Positions 41,381-55,759 of a stretch of DNA of 64,000 bases are shown piece by piece. The translations under genes and the position numbers were made by a program. The stretch lies in assembly GCA_013239625.1 (NCBI GenBank), contig MU053472.1, positions 2,949,822 to 3,013,821 of the forward strand, in the 5' to 3' direction. Below the pieces are notes generated by a model that did no database searches, was not told the origin of the DNA, and saw only the letters and a list, made by a program, of their open reading frames with translations. The stretch comes from Lama guanicoe (Eukaryota). The first letter of the stretch is position 1, and the number at the start of each line of letters is the position of its first letter.

Positions 41381-44300
41381 ATTAAAAACCCTCCAAACAC
41401 TAGCTCAGGAAAACCTCAGTAAATAAGCCTATTTGAGCAAATAAATAATTAAGTACTTATAAATATCTTCTCACTGGTTGTCAGGACATTGAAGGAGGCT
41501 GCTAAACTGTTTTCCACATCAGTTGTCAACACAGCTTATAGGAAAGACGCTGTACCACATCTCGTGTTTTCCTGGTCATCACTTTGACCCTCTACTGCAG
41601 AGAAGGTGAAGGTGGATGATCCTTGAGATCCAAACTGTATTTCTGTCTTACTCCAATACATGCAAAACACTCCCTTCACCAATGTTCAGTACTTTTCAAA
41701 GGAAGGAAAGAAAAAGAAGCATATAATAAAGGGACACATTTCCTATGGGAGCTTTGGTGCATCCATGTTTTTGTTTTTCTGACTCCATAGGTTCAAGGCA
41801 ATTGTGGGTCTTTTGTCATTGGGAGAGTTAGATGAATCTTTGGTGCCGGAGAAGACAGACAAGAGAGGAAGGAGCCAAACGAAAAAGAACTGAGCTTAAA
41901 GTCCTCCAAGTAAGAATTGGGATACACTCTTCCTTAATGTACCCCATTTCAAGCATCAAATATAAATTTTTTTAAATTCTGTTTCCATAAAAGGCCTAAA
42001 AAACCACCACCCTAAAATATGAAACCACAAATTTCTTTCTTCTCTCCTTAATGGTCATAATTTTGAAACACTGTGTCATGTATAATTAGGGAGCATTTGT
42101 CATGCTTCTTCAAAAAAAAATTGGAACAATATTTGGGAAAAATAAATGAGTATTTTGTAAACCCCAGTTCCCAGTTGTTACCCTGTCAGGATCACTCTTA
42201 ATAGTCTTGTAATGAAGAAAAGATGCTCTTTTCTGCCATTAAGACAGAACCAGGGAGTTCCCATCTCCTGCTAGTGAAGCAGGAGGCTATCGAGAAAGCC
42301 TGTTCAGTGACAGAGGGAGTGGAGGGTGAACGGTGGCCCTGAAAGGAGGAAGAGGGGTTAGATTTCTGTGTCTTGAGTGCTCTTTTCCAGGGCAATGTTC
42401 TAGAGAAGGAAGATATGTGATACAGCATGAGGAGAAAGCGGAGAATCAACGGGCTCATGCCCTGCTTCTATTTGACTCGGTCCAACAGCTGATACAGTGA
42501 TTGTTGGGCGGCGACAGAGAGAAGTGGGTGGATGGATTAGCTTGAAGCAGTGGTCCTGGCTCCTGTGTGATCGTCAGGGAATTCTGGTGAGACAGCACAG
42601 AAATAAGGATGAGACTAGAACCAACTAAGAGGTGGCCGTGTGTAGAGCAAATGGCCTGAACCACTGACCCAGGGATGATACCAGCTCACGGCCCAAAGGC
42701 CAGGTAAGACCTACCACATCTCCAAAGGGGCCCTCAATGGCCACCAGTCCACAGAGATGCTGTTCTGCTGCAGGGACAAATTTGCATCCTGAGACCCCCA
42801 CAGGGCTCTGAGGCCTCTCCTCCCCTTGCCACCATGAGGTCATAAATCCTTCTATACAGCTAGACACTTTTTGAAAAGAAGCAAGAACAAGGGGGAAGAA
42901 TGTGAAAGATTTTTGCAACTACCCAAAAGAAAATGTATTCAAAAATGACCATTTATTTAAACTGAAAAAAGAAAAAAAAAAAAACGTTACCTTGAATTGA
43001 CAGGCTGAAAGTTTGGGATTTTTTTCTCCCTCCCACCATGAAGCTTGCAAAGAAAATTAAGTCCCTCAAAGAAAATAAAGAGCAATAATTTCTTTGCATA
43101 TTGGATTTACAGTGTGGTCAATTTTTGACCCACTATACACATTTGTATAGGATTATTTCTCCAGATTGTTTTTTCACCTTTTAATACCTTTCCTTGATTC
43201 ACATGTACACTCCTTTTGAAATTAACTGTAGTCCCCGTTGTATTGGCCAAGGAGGCTCTAAATGCAAATACCAGCTTTGTCTATCCTGGAATTGGCAGGT
43301 GTAATGCATGAAGCAAGGGGCTGTAAGGTTGAGGATAGATTCAGTTCTTTGTAATCACCAAGAAAATGCCCACCCAGCCGTTCTGCCCTTGTTTTTAATT
43401 TGCTCCTTTCTTCTAGTCTGTATACAATTAGAACCATACAAAGCCACATGCACAGCAACCACCGTTCCTCGCCTCTGTGACCATCCCCCTGGGTAACACG
43501 GAACATTTAATAGGCCAGTCCCAGCATCTAATAACAAAAGAAAACCTCGTGGTGGATCACAATAATGATTTTGTGTCTTTCTGTAATGATGAAAGAAAAA
43601 CCTGATTCTGCATAATAATCGCTTTGTTATTCATGGAACTTAACCGTCATTTCCTCATGAATTTTAATGTGCCATCCATTTTCTCACTACTTATCCCCAC
43701 AATTCTTGGTGAGCCTTTGCAGCACATTATTCTCTTATCTCTTTCTTTTTTTTCAATGATGTAATTATTCTCTCTAAACTGAAAGGCTTTGGGATGTTGC
43801 CTTTTTACTGTGTTGGTGAGAGAGCTGGTCTAGGCTGACATTAAATAACCTGGAAAGATCAAGCTGTGCACTTATGATTTCTGCACTTTTTTCCAATATG
43901 TGTTACTTAATTTTAAAAATGGTTTACTTTTTAACAATTATCCAGAATATCTTGCAATCATAGTGGCATTCATGAAGGTACATAATTTCATTCAGTGTTC
44001 TGAAAGTAAGGGAATCATTCACAATATTTTTTCTTCTTATTCCTCTTTAGTGGGCATAATTCATATTGAAATTCAGTCCCATATTATTGGTAGACAAGTA
44101 ATCTCAAAGTTACATAAAACTAGACTAGATTTTAAGCTATTTTAGGACACAAACTGTATCTTACTTATCTTTGTATTCTGTGAAGTATCTAGCTCGACTT
44201 TGAAATAGAAGGCCTTCATAAATATTTGCTTAATTAAATAAAAAGTAACTTTTGCAGAAAACAAACCAGTGGTTGCCAAGTCCGGGGGTAGAAGGATGGA

Positions 44301-45309
44301 ACTTCCTACAAAGGGAGCGTAAGTGAACTTTTTACAGTGATGTTCATACTTTATGTATTGATTTTGGTGGTGATTACACAGCTGTGTGCATTCCTCAAAG
44401 ACTGTACACTGTGGACGGATTAATTTTATAGCATGTAAATTATATCTCAATAAAGCTGATTAAAGAAAGGATCTTGTGATAATACCACGATTTCATTATA
44501 GGAAATAACTAATAACAAATAGTGTTAACAAATAATCAGCACAGTCTTTACATGATCACATAACCTGGTTTTAGATCCACCTTGAAAATTCCTTATTTCT
44601 CAATTGATCAACAACTTAATAAATACTACCACATGTCTGGTCCTATACCACATGATTTATGTTCTTTTTAAAATTCTTGCACCAACAAGTTTTGTGAAAT
44701 AAGAATTATTTCTATTTGAATTATTATTTCTGTTTGCTATACACTGAGGTGCAGAGAGGTTAGGTAAACTTGTCCAAGATCACGTATTTTATTTTTTTTA
44801 AATTGGTGCATGCGTAAGTATATTTTCAAAAGAGGCTAAAGACTTACTCATGATTTAGGAATTTCAAGAAGTCAGATGATTTCGTCCTAAAAAGTACTTA
44901 TAGTAATAAAAATTGAAAATATAATTCAACAAGTAATTATTTGCTGACTCTTGTGATACGCACTGTACTAGATATTTCAGGGAATGTAATGCTGAAAATA
45001 TACAGACTTTGCTTTCAAAGTATATGCCATGTTACATGGATATGAGATACATAAATAAATAGCAATCATGGAGCTAGAAGAGATTAGGAATGATCTTGCA
45101 TTGAAGAAGGAGAAAGCATCATGGACTTCCGCTAAGCTGATTGATTTTAAAAAAACAACCAGTCACCAAGAAGAATTTAGGAGGGTTTTAGGACAGGCTT
45201 AGATGATTTTGAAAAAAAAAAAAAAAGGCAAAACTTGTCTCCTTCCGTTACTCTATCTATTCCTAGTTGAAACCTAATCTGACAAACAACGGATGAGCAT
45301 GCAAAGCTG

Positions 45310-45620
45310 GATGCTAGTCCTTGGCCTTTCACGTGGATTCCTCTCTTACTTCATGAAGGTCTCTGCTTAGGTTTCTTTTGACCATGCTACTTAGAGGAGT
45401 ACTTCATCATTCTCTATCCATCTCCTGCTCTTTATTTCTCTTCATATCATTCATTACCATCTGACACTATACTAAATATTTCTTATTTGTCTGTCACTTG
45501 TCTCTTCCAGTAATAGTTAAGCTCCTTGGGGAAGAAGGGTCCATGTGTCTTGGTTACTGCTGTACCTCCAGCACCTAGATTAGTGCTTTATACTCTTTGC
45601 TGAATGAATGAATAAATTTT
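45310..45620 (-). mobile_element. L2 3' fragment
   Basis: Ends tgctgaatgaatgaat; cctccagcacctaga motif. Confidence 0.7.
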
Positions 45621-46764
45621 AGAGCGGTCTTTCTGACTAGAATAACTCATCTCCATGTCTTTTAGTCTTCATTTGAAGTTCTACCAGTTTTTTTACTTTC
45701 TGGCTATTTGACTTTTGCTAGATAGTAATATTTTAACTATTCTGAAGCAGAATCATACTTTTTTGCAGTAAAGCACACGAGAAAAGGATTAGAACTCTGA
45801 TACATCTATGGTTTAGTGCAATCTTTCTGAAACTGAAGTGTGACAACTCCTCCCTCTTCTCTATGCCCTAGCCTGGGTTTTCTAGAAAACAAAGCCTGAG
45901 ACAAAGTTTAGAGGATTCATTTTTATTGTGTAGAGGGGGTGGGTGGAGAGGGCAGAGAAGTATGATTCCAGAAAAGGAAGAGTTGGGGGGAAGGGTCATG
46001 GCTTCTCAAAGAGACACAACTGGTTACCTGGTAACATGGGACATCTCTGGAGAGGATGTGTGGGTCTCAGAACAACCCGCTGGAGGGCAGGAAAAACGGG
46101 CAAACAGTTACATTTCTGGCTTCTCCAAGAAAACCCTGGGGAAGCCAGAGCCTGCATGGGTCCAGTCAGGTGGAACGAAGTTCCTGAAACTGCTCTTCCA
46201 GCCCAGTCCTCACCCCCAGGAGGTTGCCTCACCCCATTCCCTTGGTTATAAAGCCCCCACTCTGCTATCACCTCCTAAGACCTTTCTGGCAAGGAAGTAA
46301 GCTGAGTGGCCCAGACCGAGGGGCAGGTGGAGCCAGGCCGATCAGGGATGGCATAAACTCTCAGAAATTATTCAGGGCAATTATTTCTAGCAACCTAAGC
46401 CCCAGCTGCACGTGTGATATAGGGCTATATCTAGCCTGTCTCCCAGTGTTCACTCCTCAGTGGTATTTCTAGTCTAAATTCCCTAATTCAGCACCTCAGT
46501 TCTTCCACATGTCTGCATTCTCTTCCAAAGTAGTGGGGCTTTTTTTTTCCTTATCTTTGAGAATTTTGTTCCACAATTTGAAATAAAGAACTGCATTAAA
46601 CCCTATGCACAGTATAGTTAATCTTGAATATTTTTTATTCTCTGGGTTGGTCATCATTAATTTTATCAACAGACATTTATTAAGCACCTACTATGTATTA
46701 AGCACTTTTCTAAGCAATAGGACAACAACAGTGAATAACACAGATAAAAATCTCTGCTTCAAGT

Positions 46765-46907
46765 GGGGAAGGGTATAGCTCAATGGTAGAGTGCATGCTT
46801 AGCATGCAGGAGGTCCTGGCTTCAATCTCCAGTACCTCCTCTAAAAATAAATAAACCTATTACCTCCCCTCATCAAACACACTCACACACACAGAAATTT
46901 TTTTTAA
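46765..46907 (+). mobile_element. tRNA-derived SINE inserted in an L2
   Basis: A/B boxes; 16-bp TSD AAAAA(T/C)CTCTGCTTCA at 46746-46761 and 46908-46923. Confidence 0.9.
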
Positions 46908-48625
46908 AAAAACCTCTGCTTCATGGAACATGCATTTTAGTGAGAAGAAACAGATAATAAACCATGGGAAGAAGTAAAATAGTTACTTCATTGGATGATG
47001 ATAAGTGTTATGGAAAAACATAAACAGAGGTTTTCTTTTTAACTCCGTGATTTTTTTGAATAGACAACTATGACGACCTTCAGGGAGAAAGAGAAAGAAG
47101 ATGTGAATGGAGCATTTAGGGAGCAAAGAGTTCTTGAAGATTAGAACTCTGGGTTAGGCTTGTGGCCAGGGAGTAAAGAAGTAGCCTGGGGTATGTAGAA
47201 CATCATGGATTCTCTGAGCAAGACACAACTTTTGATAACGACTTTTTCTAAGCAAGTTATAGGCAGGACACATTGCACAGAGCATCGTACCCCTGGGAGA
47301 TACAAATGCTGTTAACGTAGCGTGAACAGACTACATGCAGTACACACTACAGAGAGCTGGCGGGTCCTTCTATGTAACTGCCTGGTGATTCCTAATTACT
47401 CTTGATCCTTACAAGAGGTACACAAGCTACAGAACGGAATGAGATACAGAGAGCAACATTTTATTCTCCAAGGAGATTTCACGGAGTCCATGATACACAG
47501 AGTTACGTTCTTTCTCTATGTCAGTTACAAATACCTGAAAGCGAGCCCTCATTTCCGCGTAGGATGCCTGACATGTCCTTAACCAGAAGAACCACTTGGA
47601 AAGTCTGAAAAAGGACCACGGTTGAGAGGGCTCAGGGAGAGAATTCTCATATGGTAAATATCACGTTGAAATTAAGTAGAGATGAAAGACTTCTCAGAAA
47701 ATCAGGCAGCAGATGTCAGTCATTGATGATTAGCTTGATATATAAGACATCTAAAAATGAGGATGTCCAAATAAGACTTCACTTAAGCTGGACAGCTATT
47801 TGATCCCAGAATCGCAGAACTGAATGATCTTAACCAGGTTCAACGGCCAATTCTCATGCTGCCAAGACTCAGAGTAAAGTTTGAGTGCCTAGGAACTGAA
47901 AAGTGAAAATATTAAAAGTTATTCTCTTAAACCACCAAGTAGATAATTCACTCTTGCTAAAGGGGCTTATTTTTCATTTTTCCGACTAATTTGAAGTGCT
48001 TCAAATTACTTACACCAGGCACTTTGCTAGATGTTGGAAATACAAGGGTGAGCAAAAATTCACTTGGGTCTTGCTCTCATAGAGTTTATAGTTATAATTC
48101 TCACAAGGGCTATTAAGAAAAGCTCAGCTGAATGCTGAGAACATATACCTGATGGACAGACACGGTCAGGGAATTGAGGCTTGAGCTGAGATTCACATGC
48201 TGAGGGTAGAGGCAGGCGAGTGAGCACTCAAGGCTTTCTAGATCATTAAGATTTTTAAAAATTTTTTATTTTTTGCGGGAGAAGGAAGGGTTTATTATTA
48301 CTTGCAGCAAGTAAGGAGAGCACTGGGGATCATTCCCAAGGCAGTGTCTCTATCATTAAGGATTTTGGTCTTTATTCGAAGGTCAATTGGAAAGCTATTG
48401 CAGGATTTTAGGTAGGGGACTTGAATTCTGAAAAGATCACTCTGGATGTTGATGGGGAGCTGATTGTAGATGGACAAGAGAGGGTTCAGAGGCACCATGT
48501 AGGATGCTTTGGAGCAGTTCCAGGCAAAGAGACAGTAGCTGTGACCAGGGAAGTGCTCCACTTCCTCCCCACCCTGAATAGCTGCATTGCTTTTTAAAGT
48601 GCATGTTATAATAAACCTTTATCCT

Positions 48626-48830
48626 TCAGTCTCCATCTCCTTTTTTTTCAGTCCATCTCCTTTTAAAAGCTTTGTTTATAAGGACATCCAGCCCCTCTAA
48701 CTGTGAGGTCACAACCCCTAAAACACAGATAACTAAATGTTTAAAAATGTCTTTACCTCCATTTTTTATCATTTTTACTGATTTCAGCAGAAGATCTCTA
48801 CAAGCATCCAAGCATTCAGTGAGGTCATTT
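48626..48830 (-). mobile_element. Degraded pogo/Tigger-type DDE transposase relic
   Basis: LDACRDLLLKSVK...GVVTSQLEGLDVLINKAFK resembles pogo DDE motif LDAF.GHL..SVK...GGLTS.LQPLDV..NKPFK. Confidence 0.6.
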
Positions 48831-50287
48831 ATGGCTGATGTGTGTTCCTTATAGTTCTGAATAAAATAATTGAGAAAATATACAACAATATAAGAGATTC
48901 TGTAAGAACTTAAATGGAAAGTGGTTTCCCATTTTTTTTAGAGATTCTTTAACAAAAAACCTTGCTTTATACTCAGTCATATACATCACCTACTTACTGG
49001 GGATGCAAAGGTGAAAGATACATAGTCCCTACTCTCACAGAGTTTATATGCTAGAAGAGGATGCAATTGGAATAAAATATACACAAAATAAAGAACATAT
49101 GAAATACAGGAGACTATGAAGACATGATAACTAAGTGCGGTATGGTCTCCTAGATTGGATTCTGGAACAGATAAAGAACGTTGGTGGAAAAATAAGTGAA
49201 ATCCAAATGCAGTCTGTAGTTTAGTTAATAGTGTCATATGTGTCTTCAGATTTCAGTTTTGACAAACGTACCACTATTATGTAAGATGTGATCTTTAGGG
49301 GAAGCTGGGTGGAGGGTGCATGGAAACCCTACTGTCTTCACAAGCTCTTCTATAAACTTAACATTATTCCACATAAAAAGTTTATTTAAAGAAGAAGGGG
49401 CACCAACTGAATTTGGGGTTTAAGGAAGGCTTTCAAGGAAATAATGTTTAGGTTGAGAACTGAAGGACAAATAGAAGCTAGTCAGGCAAGGAGATACAGG
49501 AAGAGATGTCCAGAAATAGCATGTAGAATGTTTAATGGACCAGAAGCAAGAGAAAGCATGACAATTTCTCACAACTGAGTAACATACAGGATGGCTGGAT
49601 TTTAGAATAGATTGGGGAGATGAGTAGGAGAGGAGCAGTGAAAAATAAAGCCAGTGTGGTAGGACACAAAGGGCTTTAAAAACCATGTTGAGAAGTTTGT
49701 CTTCTAGGGCAATTTCAGGAAAAAACAAAAATGACTAATAAATATATATATTTTCAAATATATATATATTTCCTCTACTAATAGTCAAAGAAACAGAAAT
49801 TAAAGTAACTGGATAATATTTTAACTTATTCAATTACCAAGTATTTTTAAATTACTGTATTTTTTGCCACTCAGGGTATGAAGAGAGAGTTTCTAACACT
49901 CTTTTAGTAACAATAATCTTTCTGGAAAGCTACTTACCAATTTAAATACAAAGTATCAAAAACATTCAAATCCATGTAGCCCCTCAGTTTGACTTCTGGG
50001 ATGTTATTTTAAGGAAATAATTAGAAGTACATTGAAAAATTAATATAAAAAGGTGTTCCTCATTTCTATTTACAATAATACCAAGTTTTTTACAATCTAA
50101 GGGTTAAAAATAGGAACATAATTAAATAAGTGATTATGTTTTCACATGATGAAATATTATGCAAATATTAAAAATAACATTTACAATGACTTTTTATGAC
50201 ACAGATTGTAAATATATCATATGTTTGCATGTAATATACGTATATGTGCATATAATCAGCATGTGTGAGTGCATGAACATTGATAGA

Positions 50288-50464
50288 CAGAACTGGCTAC
50301 ATAATTTGCAAGGCTCAGCACAAAATGAAAACGCAGGACCTCTTGTTCAAAAACTATTAATAATTTCAAGATAGCCACAGTAGAGCCTTCAAACAAATGT
50401 AGGGCCCTTCTGAACACGAGTCCTGTGTGTCTGCATAGGTCTCACGCCCTTGAAACTGGCCTTG
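50288..50464 (-). mobile_element. MER45A-like hAT-Tip100 MITE
   Basis: Near full-length reverse-complement match to the remembered consensus (ctggctacataatttgc...caaaatgaaaa...gggcccttctga). Confidence 0.85.
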
Positions 50465-51129
50465 TCTGTAGAAAACATACTGAAAGACAATCTCCCAAAA
50501 TGTCAATAGTCATTACCTTTGGTTTTGGGGATTACTACTGATTTTTATTTCATGTATTTTATAAATTTTCACAATAGATATGCACTTCTTTAATAATCGA
50601 TGAAAAAACAGTATGTGTCTTGAATAGCAACAACAACAAAAAAGACCCAAATTATACTGAAAGCAGTACTGCAGTGAATTGCATTCTGTTTTGCTCTTAG
50701 GCTCTTTTTCATATCCATTTGGGGCCACTGGGAATAACAGAAATTCTTTTGAAAGTTTCTATACTATGTTTTTAAGTCACTGTATAGAAGAGAGCAGGAT
50801 AGAAAAAATGAAGTCAGTTCTATTCTGTCAAAAAAGCAAGGCAAGCTGAGCTACAAATAACACATTTCCATCTATTTTTGTCCTATATAGAATTAGCTCT
50901 TTGGTTGGACATGAAACATTTGCTTGAATGGTGAGATGCTGACAATTTCTTCTCTGGTGTCCTTAGACCTACATTCATGTAACTGGCAGCCCACACTGGC
51001 AAAAGGAAGGAAGACGTGGAGGAGGCCTATTGCATCTTGAGCACTTACTAGTGCAATGAAGGATTTAGTGATGCATTTTTTAATTGGAAAAAAATTGCAT
51101 TCAGAAGACAATAAAAGACATCTTGGAGG

Positions 51130-51260
51130 TGGGGAGGGAATGGCTCAAGTGGTAGAGTGCATGCTTAGCATGCATGAGGTTCTGGGTTCAATCCCCAGTG
51201 CGTCCATTAAAAAAAAAAATTTAAATAAACCTAATTACCTCCCCTGCACCCCCTTCAAAA
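51130..51260 (+). mobile_element. tRNA-derived SINE (Vic-1-like)
   Basis: tRNA-Ala-like head (gcatgcttagcatgc), B box, tail aataaacctaattacc. Confidence 0.9.
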
Positions 51261-54200
51261 ATCTTAAATGAGGGAGCATTAAATGAGTTAAAAATCATAC
51301 AGAGGGTAATTGCAAGGCATTCTTTTAGAAGTTACACAGAGAAGCCTTACCTGTTGAGGTGTCAATAAGTATAATAACCACTGACTTTTAACTAGCCGTT
51401 TCAGTGCTAATGAAGAACAAAAGCCAAAGCAAATCATTTAATCCTTTTAGTGCCTCAGCCGACAACCTAGAGACAAATGATCATTCCTGTGACCACCTTG
51501 GGTGTAGGCTTCGTATTTTGGTTCCTTCTCTACTGTACTGCACGCTCAGTTTCTCACCTTGTGCAGTTTGTAGTAGCGTGTCCTGAGTCCCACCACAAGA
51601 AAAGAGAAGATTCACGTAAATTTTTGTTTAAATGTGTCCAGTTTGTTAATGGGCACATATTTAAATTTTACGCACTTACTATTGATTAGTTTAACAAATA
51701 TCATGGCAGCTCCTGCTCTTTGCCAGGTACTGTGCTAATTGTTCTTGGAAATAAATAATACAAACCTGGTCCCTGCCCCACTGAAGCTCACAGTTTAATA
51801 GCTTATGGTCTACTGCAAGGAAGGGGCAAAACAAGTTAGGAACAAATATAGCAAGTAAAGATACTATAAGATGCTATTTCTTTTATAGAAAAATAGAAAG
51901 TTTAATCACTTTTAGATCGAATATAAAAGAAAGTTTAAGTCATGACTCGATTAAATGGACAGGTGATTGGTTTTTCCAGAATAAGTACCAATGAGTTAAA
52001 TGTCAGAAAACTCCTTACACATTTTATCAGGAATGCTGATTTCTTTCCAATTCAAGTTTGGGATAATTTTTCTCTTCTAATATATTTTTAAAAGATACTT
52101 CAATGTACTTCTGTATCTCATGTTTTTAGCTGTACATATATTCTATTTTCTTACATCAGCCTATAATTAAAATAAAATGATCACTTCTTTTTGTTGTAAA
52201 ACAAGGGCCTGCAATGGAGATCACATTTTTTGAGACAAAAGGTTATACATCACATGACACATTGATAGCTTAGACACTCCAGATCTGCCTGTACAAAGCA
52301 AGTAGAGGGTCACCGGGACTCCTTACAAGATTAAGAAGGAATGTTTCCTCCTGAGGAGGTCTGGGTGATGCAGGTGCACAATACACACTAAAGGGGAAGG
52401 AGGAGGCCCAAACGGGCAAAGAAAAAAATTATATTAAAATTTTCCTTGTCTTGTTATAACACATGAATTTTATTCCATCAGAGGCCTAACGGAAGACAAA
52501 AAGCTAGTCAAGTGAGGTGACGACAGGAGGAAGCATTCCATGCGGAGGCACAGCTTGTACGAAGGCCCTGAGAAAGAAAAGTGACTTTGAAGACGGCATT
52601 ATCTGATGAAGGGGGCACAGAAGGTTGGACTTCAATTCAGAAAGTCAAGAGATGGGCTCTGACTGCTCCCTCTGAGCCCTGTGCCAGCCCCTGCGGGTGA
52701 CGTACTATGAATAATGTGGGAGGAACCAGGGTGAGATGCCAAGGGAAGGGAGGTAAGGACCCAAGAAGGGGAGTGACTTTCCTTCACATTCCCAGGGAAA
52801 AAAGACCTTGGTGGAAACTGATTCCCTGAGGGTCCCTGAGGGCACCAGCAAGTAGGAGTGACTTATGAGACTAGTGACACTAGGACAAGAAACTGGAAGG
52901 CAGCACTGCACTGAAAAAGGGACTCTAGAGGCTTACACCATCAGTATTCTCTCTGTTCTGCTGGTGAAAGGTTGTGTGACCATCCCTGACCCTATGCACT
53001 GCTAGCTGAAGGAATGTCTTGCTTGCAGACCCCACTCTCCCTAAAGATGGGCTGAAAGGCGTAGACAAGAGGAGACTTGAGAGTCACCCTACTTTAGCCT
53101 CAGGCTAAAGTCACATTGCTTCCACACAGTTCGTAAGGAAACCCTCCCTACGTCTGCTTTCCAATGGGTTAGAACTTGACGGGGAAGATAGGGGAGAGAT
53201 TAGCCCCTAGACCTTCAGCAGATGGATTTTGGTTAGATATGTGAATATCCTGAAATAGAATTCTATTCATCTGGACTCTTGATTATAAAGATAAAAATTC
53301 AACTCAAACTGGCTAAAGCAAAAAAAAAAAAAAGGCAGTTGGCTCCCATCTTGGGAAAAATACAGAGTGTGTTAAATTAAAATTTTCTGTCTCTCATTTC
53401 TCATCTCTACTTGGTTTGGCTTCATTTTCTGACTTCATATCTTCATATCTTGGCTTCATATCTTCATGCTTGGTACCTTCAGCCTTTCTCCATGTGGAGG
53501 GGAAGAGAGCCCCAGCAGCTCCAGGCCGACATCACAGCAAAACTACCCCACTTTTCTCTCCACACTTGTATACATCAAATCCTAGGGAAGTTCTCTGGTT
53601 GGCCAGCCTTGGTCAGGTCCTACCTTCTGAAACAATCACTCTGATCAGAGGGAGAGGAGGGACTGATCCTGATTAGATCATGGTCAGATCATCTTCAGAT
53701 CATGGCCAGATCCTGGTCCTGGGTTGACCCTTGAGACCAAGGCTGTCAGAGTTTTGTGACTAAAAGTCCTATGAAATGGGGGAACTAATGTTCCCCAACA
53801 CTAAGGATGCTAGAGAGACAAAAATGACAAAATCCAGTATGGTAAGGGAAGTTAAGGATAAATTATTTTTATGAGAGTAGCACAAAAGAAGTATAAAAAT
53901 TACTACAATCCAGCTGGGCCTTCCTCTCCCAGCACCCAATTAAATTACTCTTCTTAAAGAGTAAATTTTCCATGAAATTAAACTTAGGATATTGAGAAAA
54001 TGCAGCAGGACAGGAAATAATCTTGCTCTCCTCTGAGGTATAGAGAAAGCCTGGAAGTGGGTTCCCGTCTGCTGGGGTAAAATGGGCTTAGAAAGGGACA
54101 GATAGAGCTACAGATGCTGGGACGAAATCTACCTCGGGAATGTAGGGTAAGAGACAGCAGGCTACAAGCCAACACAGAGAAGCTGGAAGGTCTCTGATGG

Positions 54201-54277
54201 AAGATGTTTAATGCTTCTCTACATAGATCTCTAAATATTGAGAGCCACCTACCTGTCAGCTATTTAAGCTGAGATTA

Positions 54278-54622
54278 TGGTGCCATAAAAAGATAATAAA
54301 CAGAAATATCAATTAAGTAGAGTTGGGAGACCAGAATGGAGAGGCTCTCACACCCTGTGTTGATAGCAGGGCTCAACAGGAAGAAGAAAGACCCCTTTCC
54401 TGGCCAGGACTCAGCCAATGAAAAATCCTGGACTCCTTGTTTACCATAGTCCTCCCAGCCTCCCTTTTCACATCCACAAGAGTGTTCTCCTTCTCTTGCT
54501 GTGTGGGGATGTGCACGTGGCTTGCTACAGTTGTAGGCCCTGAATTGCAATTCTCTGCTGACCCCAAATAAACCGATCTTTGCTGGAGAAATATCTGGCA
54601 GTCTATTTGTTTCAAGTCAACA
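54278..54622 (+). mobile_element. Solo ERV LTR
   Basis: TG...CA ends, CCAAT box (cagccaatg), AATAAA ~55 nt before the terminal gtcaaca; no internal genes. Confidence 0.7.
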
Positions 54623-55759
54623 GTGTGTACCTTCAGTTCCTGGTGTGATAAGAACAGGGAATGATAAGAACAAGGCAGAGCCTCCTGGTCTAGAGAGACC
54701 ATGGCCCTTGGAAGGTTTCTAAGTCAAGGATTCAGGCACAGGAAACAGACAGAGATGTAGTTACTAGGACTGATTACTAGAAAGCGTGGTCTTGGAGACA
54801 AGTCAGAAGCCCGGTTATTGGAGCATGAGGTCAGAGCAAGTTTAGCAGCAAGTATAACTTTGTGTGCCAAGTCCCTGGGTGATGGGTAGGAGTGCCTTCC
54901 AAAGGCCAAGATTTATTTTAGGAGTCAGATGGTTGATATCTGTGGGGAGAGGGAGGATATAGAAGTAGGGATTCAGGCGGGTTCTGACAGTTACAAGGAA
55001 AGATTATTTAGTATGCAAGTTTAATAGAATGTGTTTTGGTCAGGTCAAGTCCTGGAGCTGTATTAAAGTACTACAAAGGGGTTATTTTTGAAAAGAATAA
55101 GAGTCCACATGAGATTCAGAGAACTCAGAGCTATGAGAATATCATGACCAGCAAATATTAGGTACAATGTCAGGGCACATCTGGATAGGAATAATTTTAG
55201 ATTTGTATTCTTCTCCAAGATGTGCCTCTTTGTGTGAAGTTGTATGGATTAAAGATGTGTCTTCAGATTCAAGCTAGAAACCTGGCACCATTTACTTACA
55301 AATTAAAAATACAAGTGAATCATTTACATATCTCCTAGAAACCAAAGATGTTTTACCTCCAGTAATTTGGATAATGTTGTGGGTTGAGTTTTTTTTTTTC
55401 TTTTTAAAATTCTAATTAAGCCATCCATCACTTCAAGGTGATAATTTTCTCAAGGATGTGGTTCATAAAACCATTGAGTTTTATTTAATCTCCTATAGCG
55501 TGAAGCATCTTGACTCCTGAGGGTAGATTACACGTAAGTGGCCATCTGTTACTTTTGGGGTTGGTGGGTACGGAGGAGTCTTCTCCCATCCTTTCCTTTT
55601 AAAATCTCTCTCTCTCACTCCACGGGATTCTGGTGGACCTGTCAGTTACATGGGTTTATGAATCAGGCTGCTCAGAGTACTTAATTCCCCTAGATACACC
55701 CTTGGTCCAAAAGGGAGCAAGTAATATAATCCAAGTTCTTTCCAAAGACTGATGCACAT

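Noticed and set aside
42160..43130. GC-richer block with several short ORFs
   Set aside because: No protein similarity; looks like an old LTR relic, but the family could not be assigned confidently
45870..46490. Overlapping 80-124 aa ORFs
   Set aside because: No recognisable homology; the sequence resembles an old ERVL-type LTR
51130..51206. tRNA-Ala-like sequences (also at 7211, 7567, 9884, 46765, 62778)
   Set aside because: G-rich leader, degenerate stems, shared AT-rich tail and TSDs show these are SINEs, not tRNA genes
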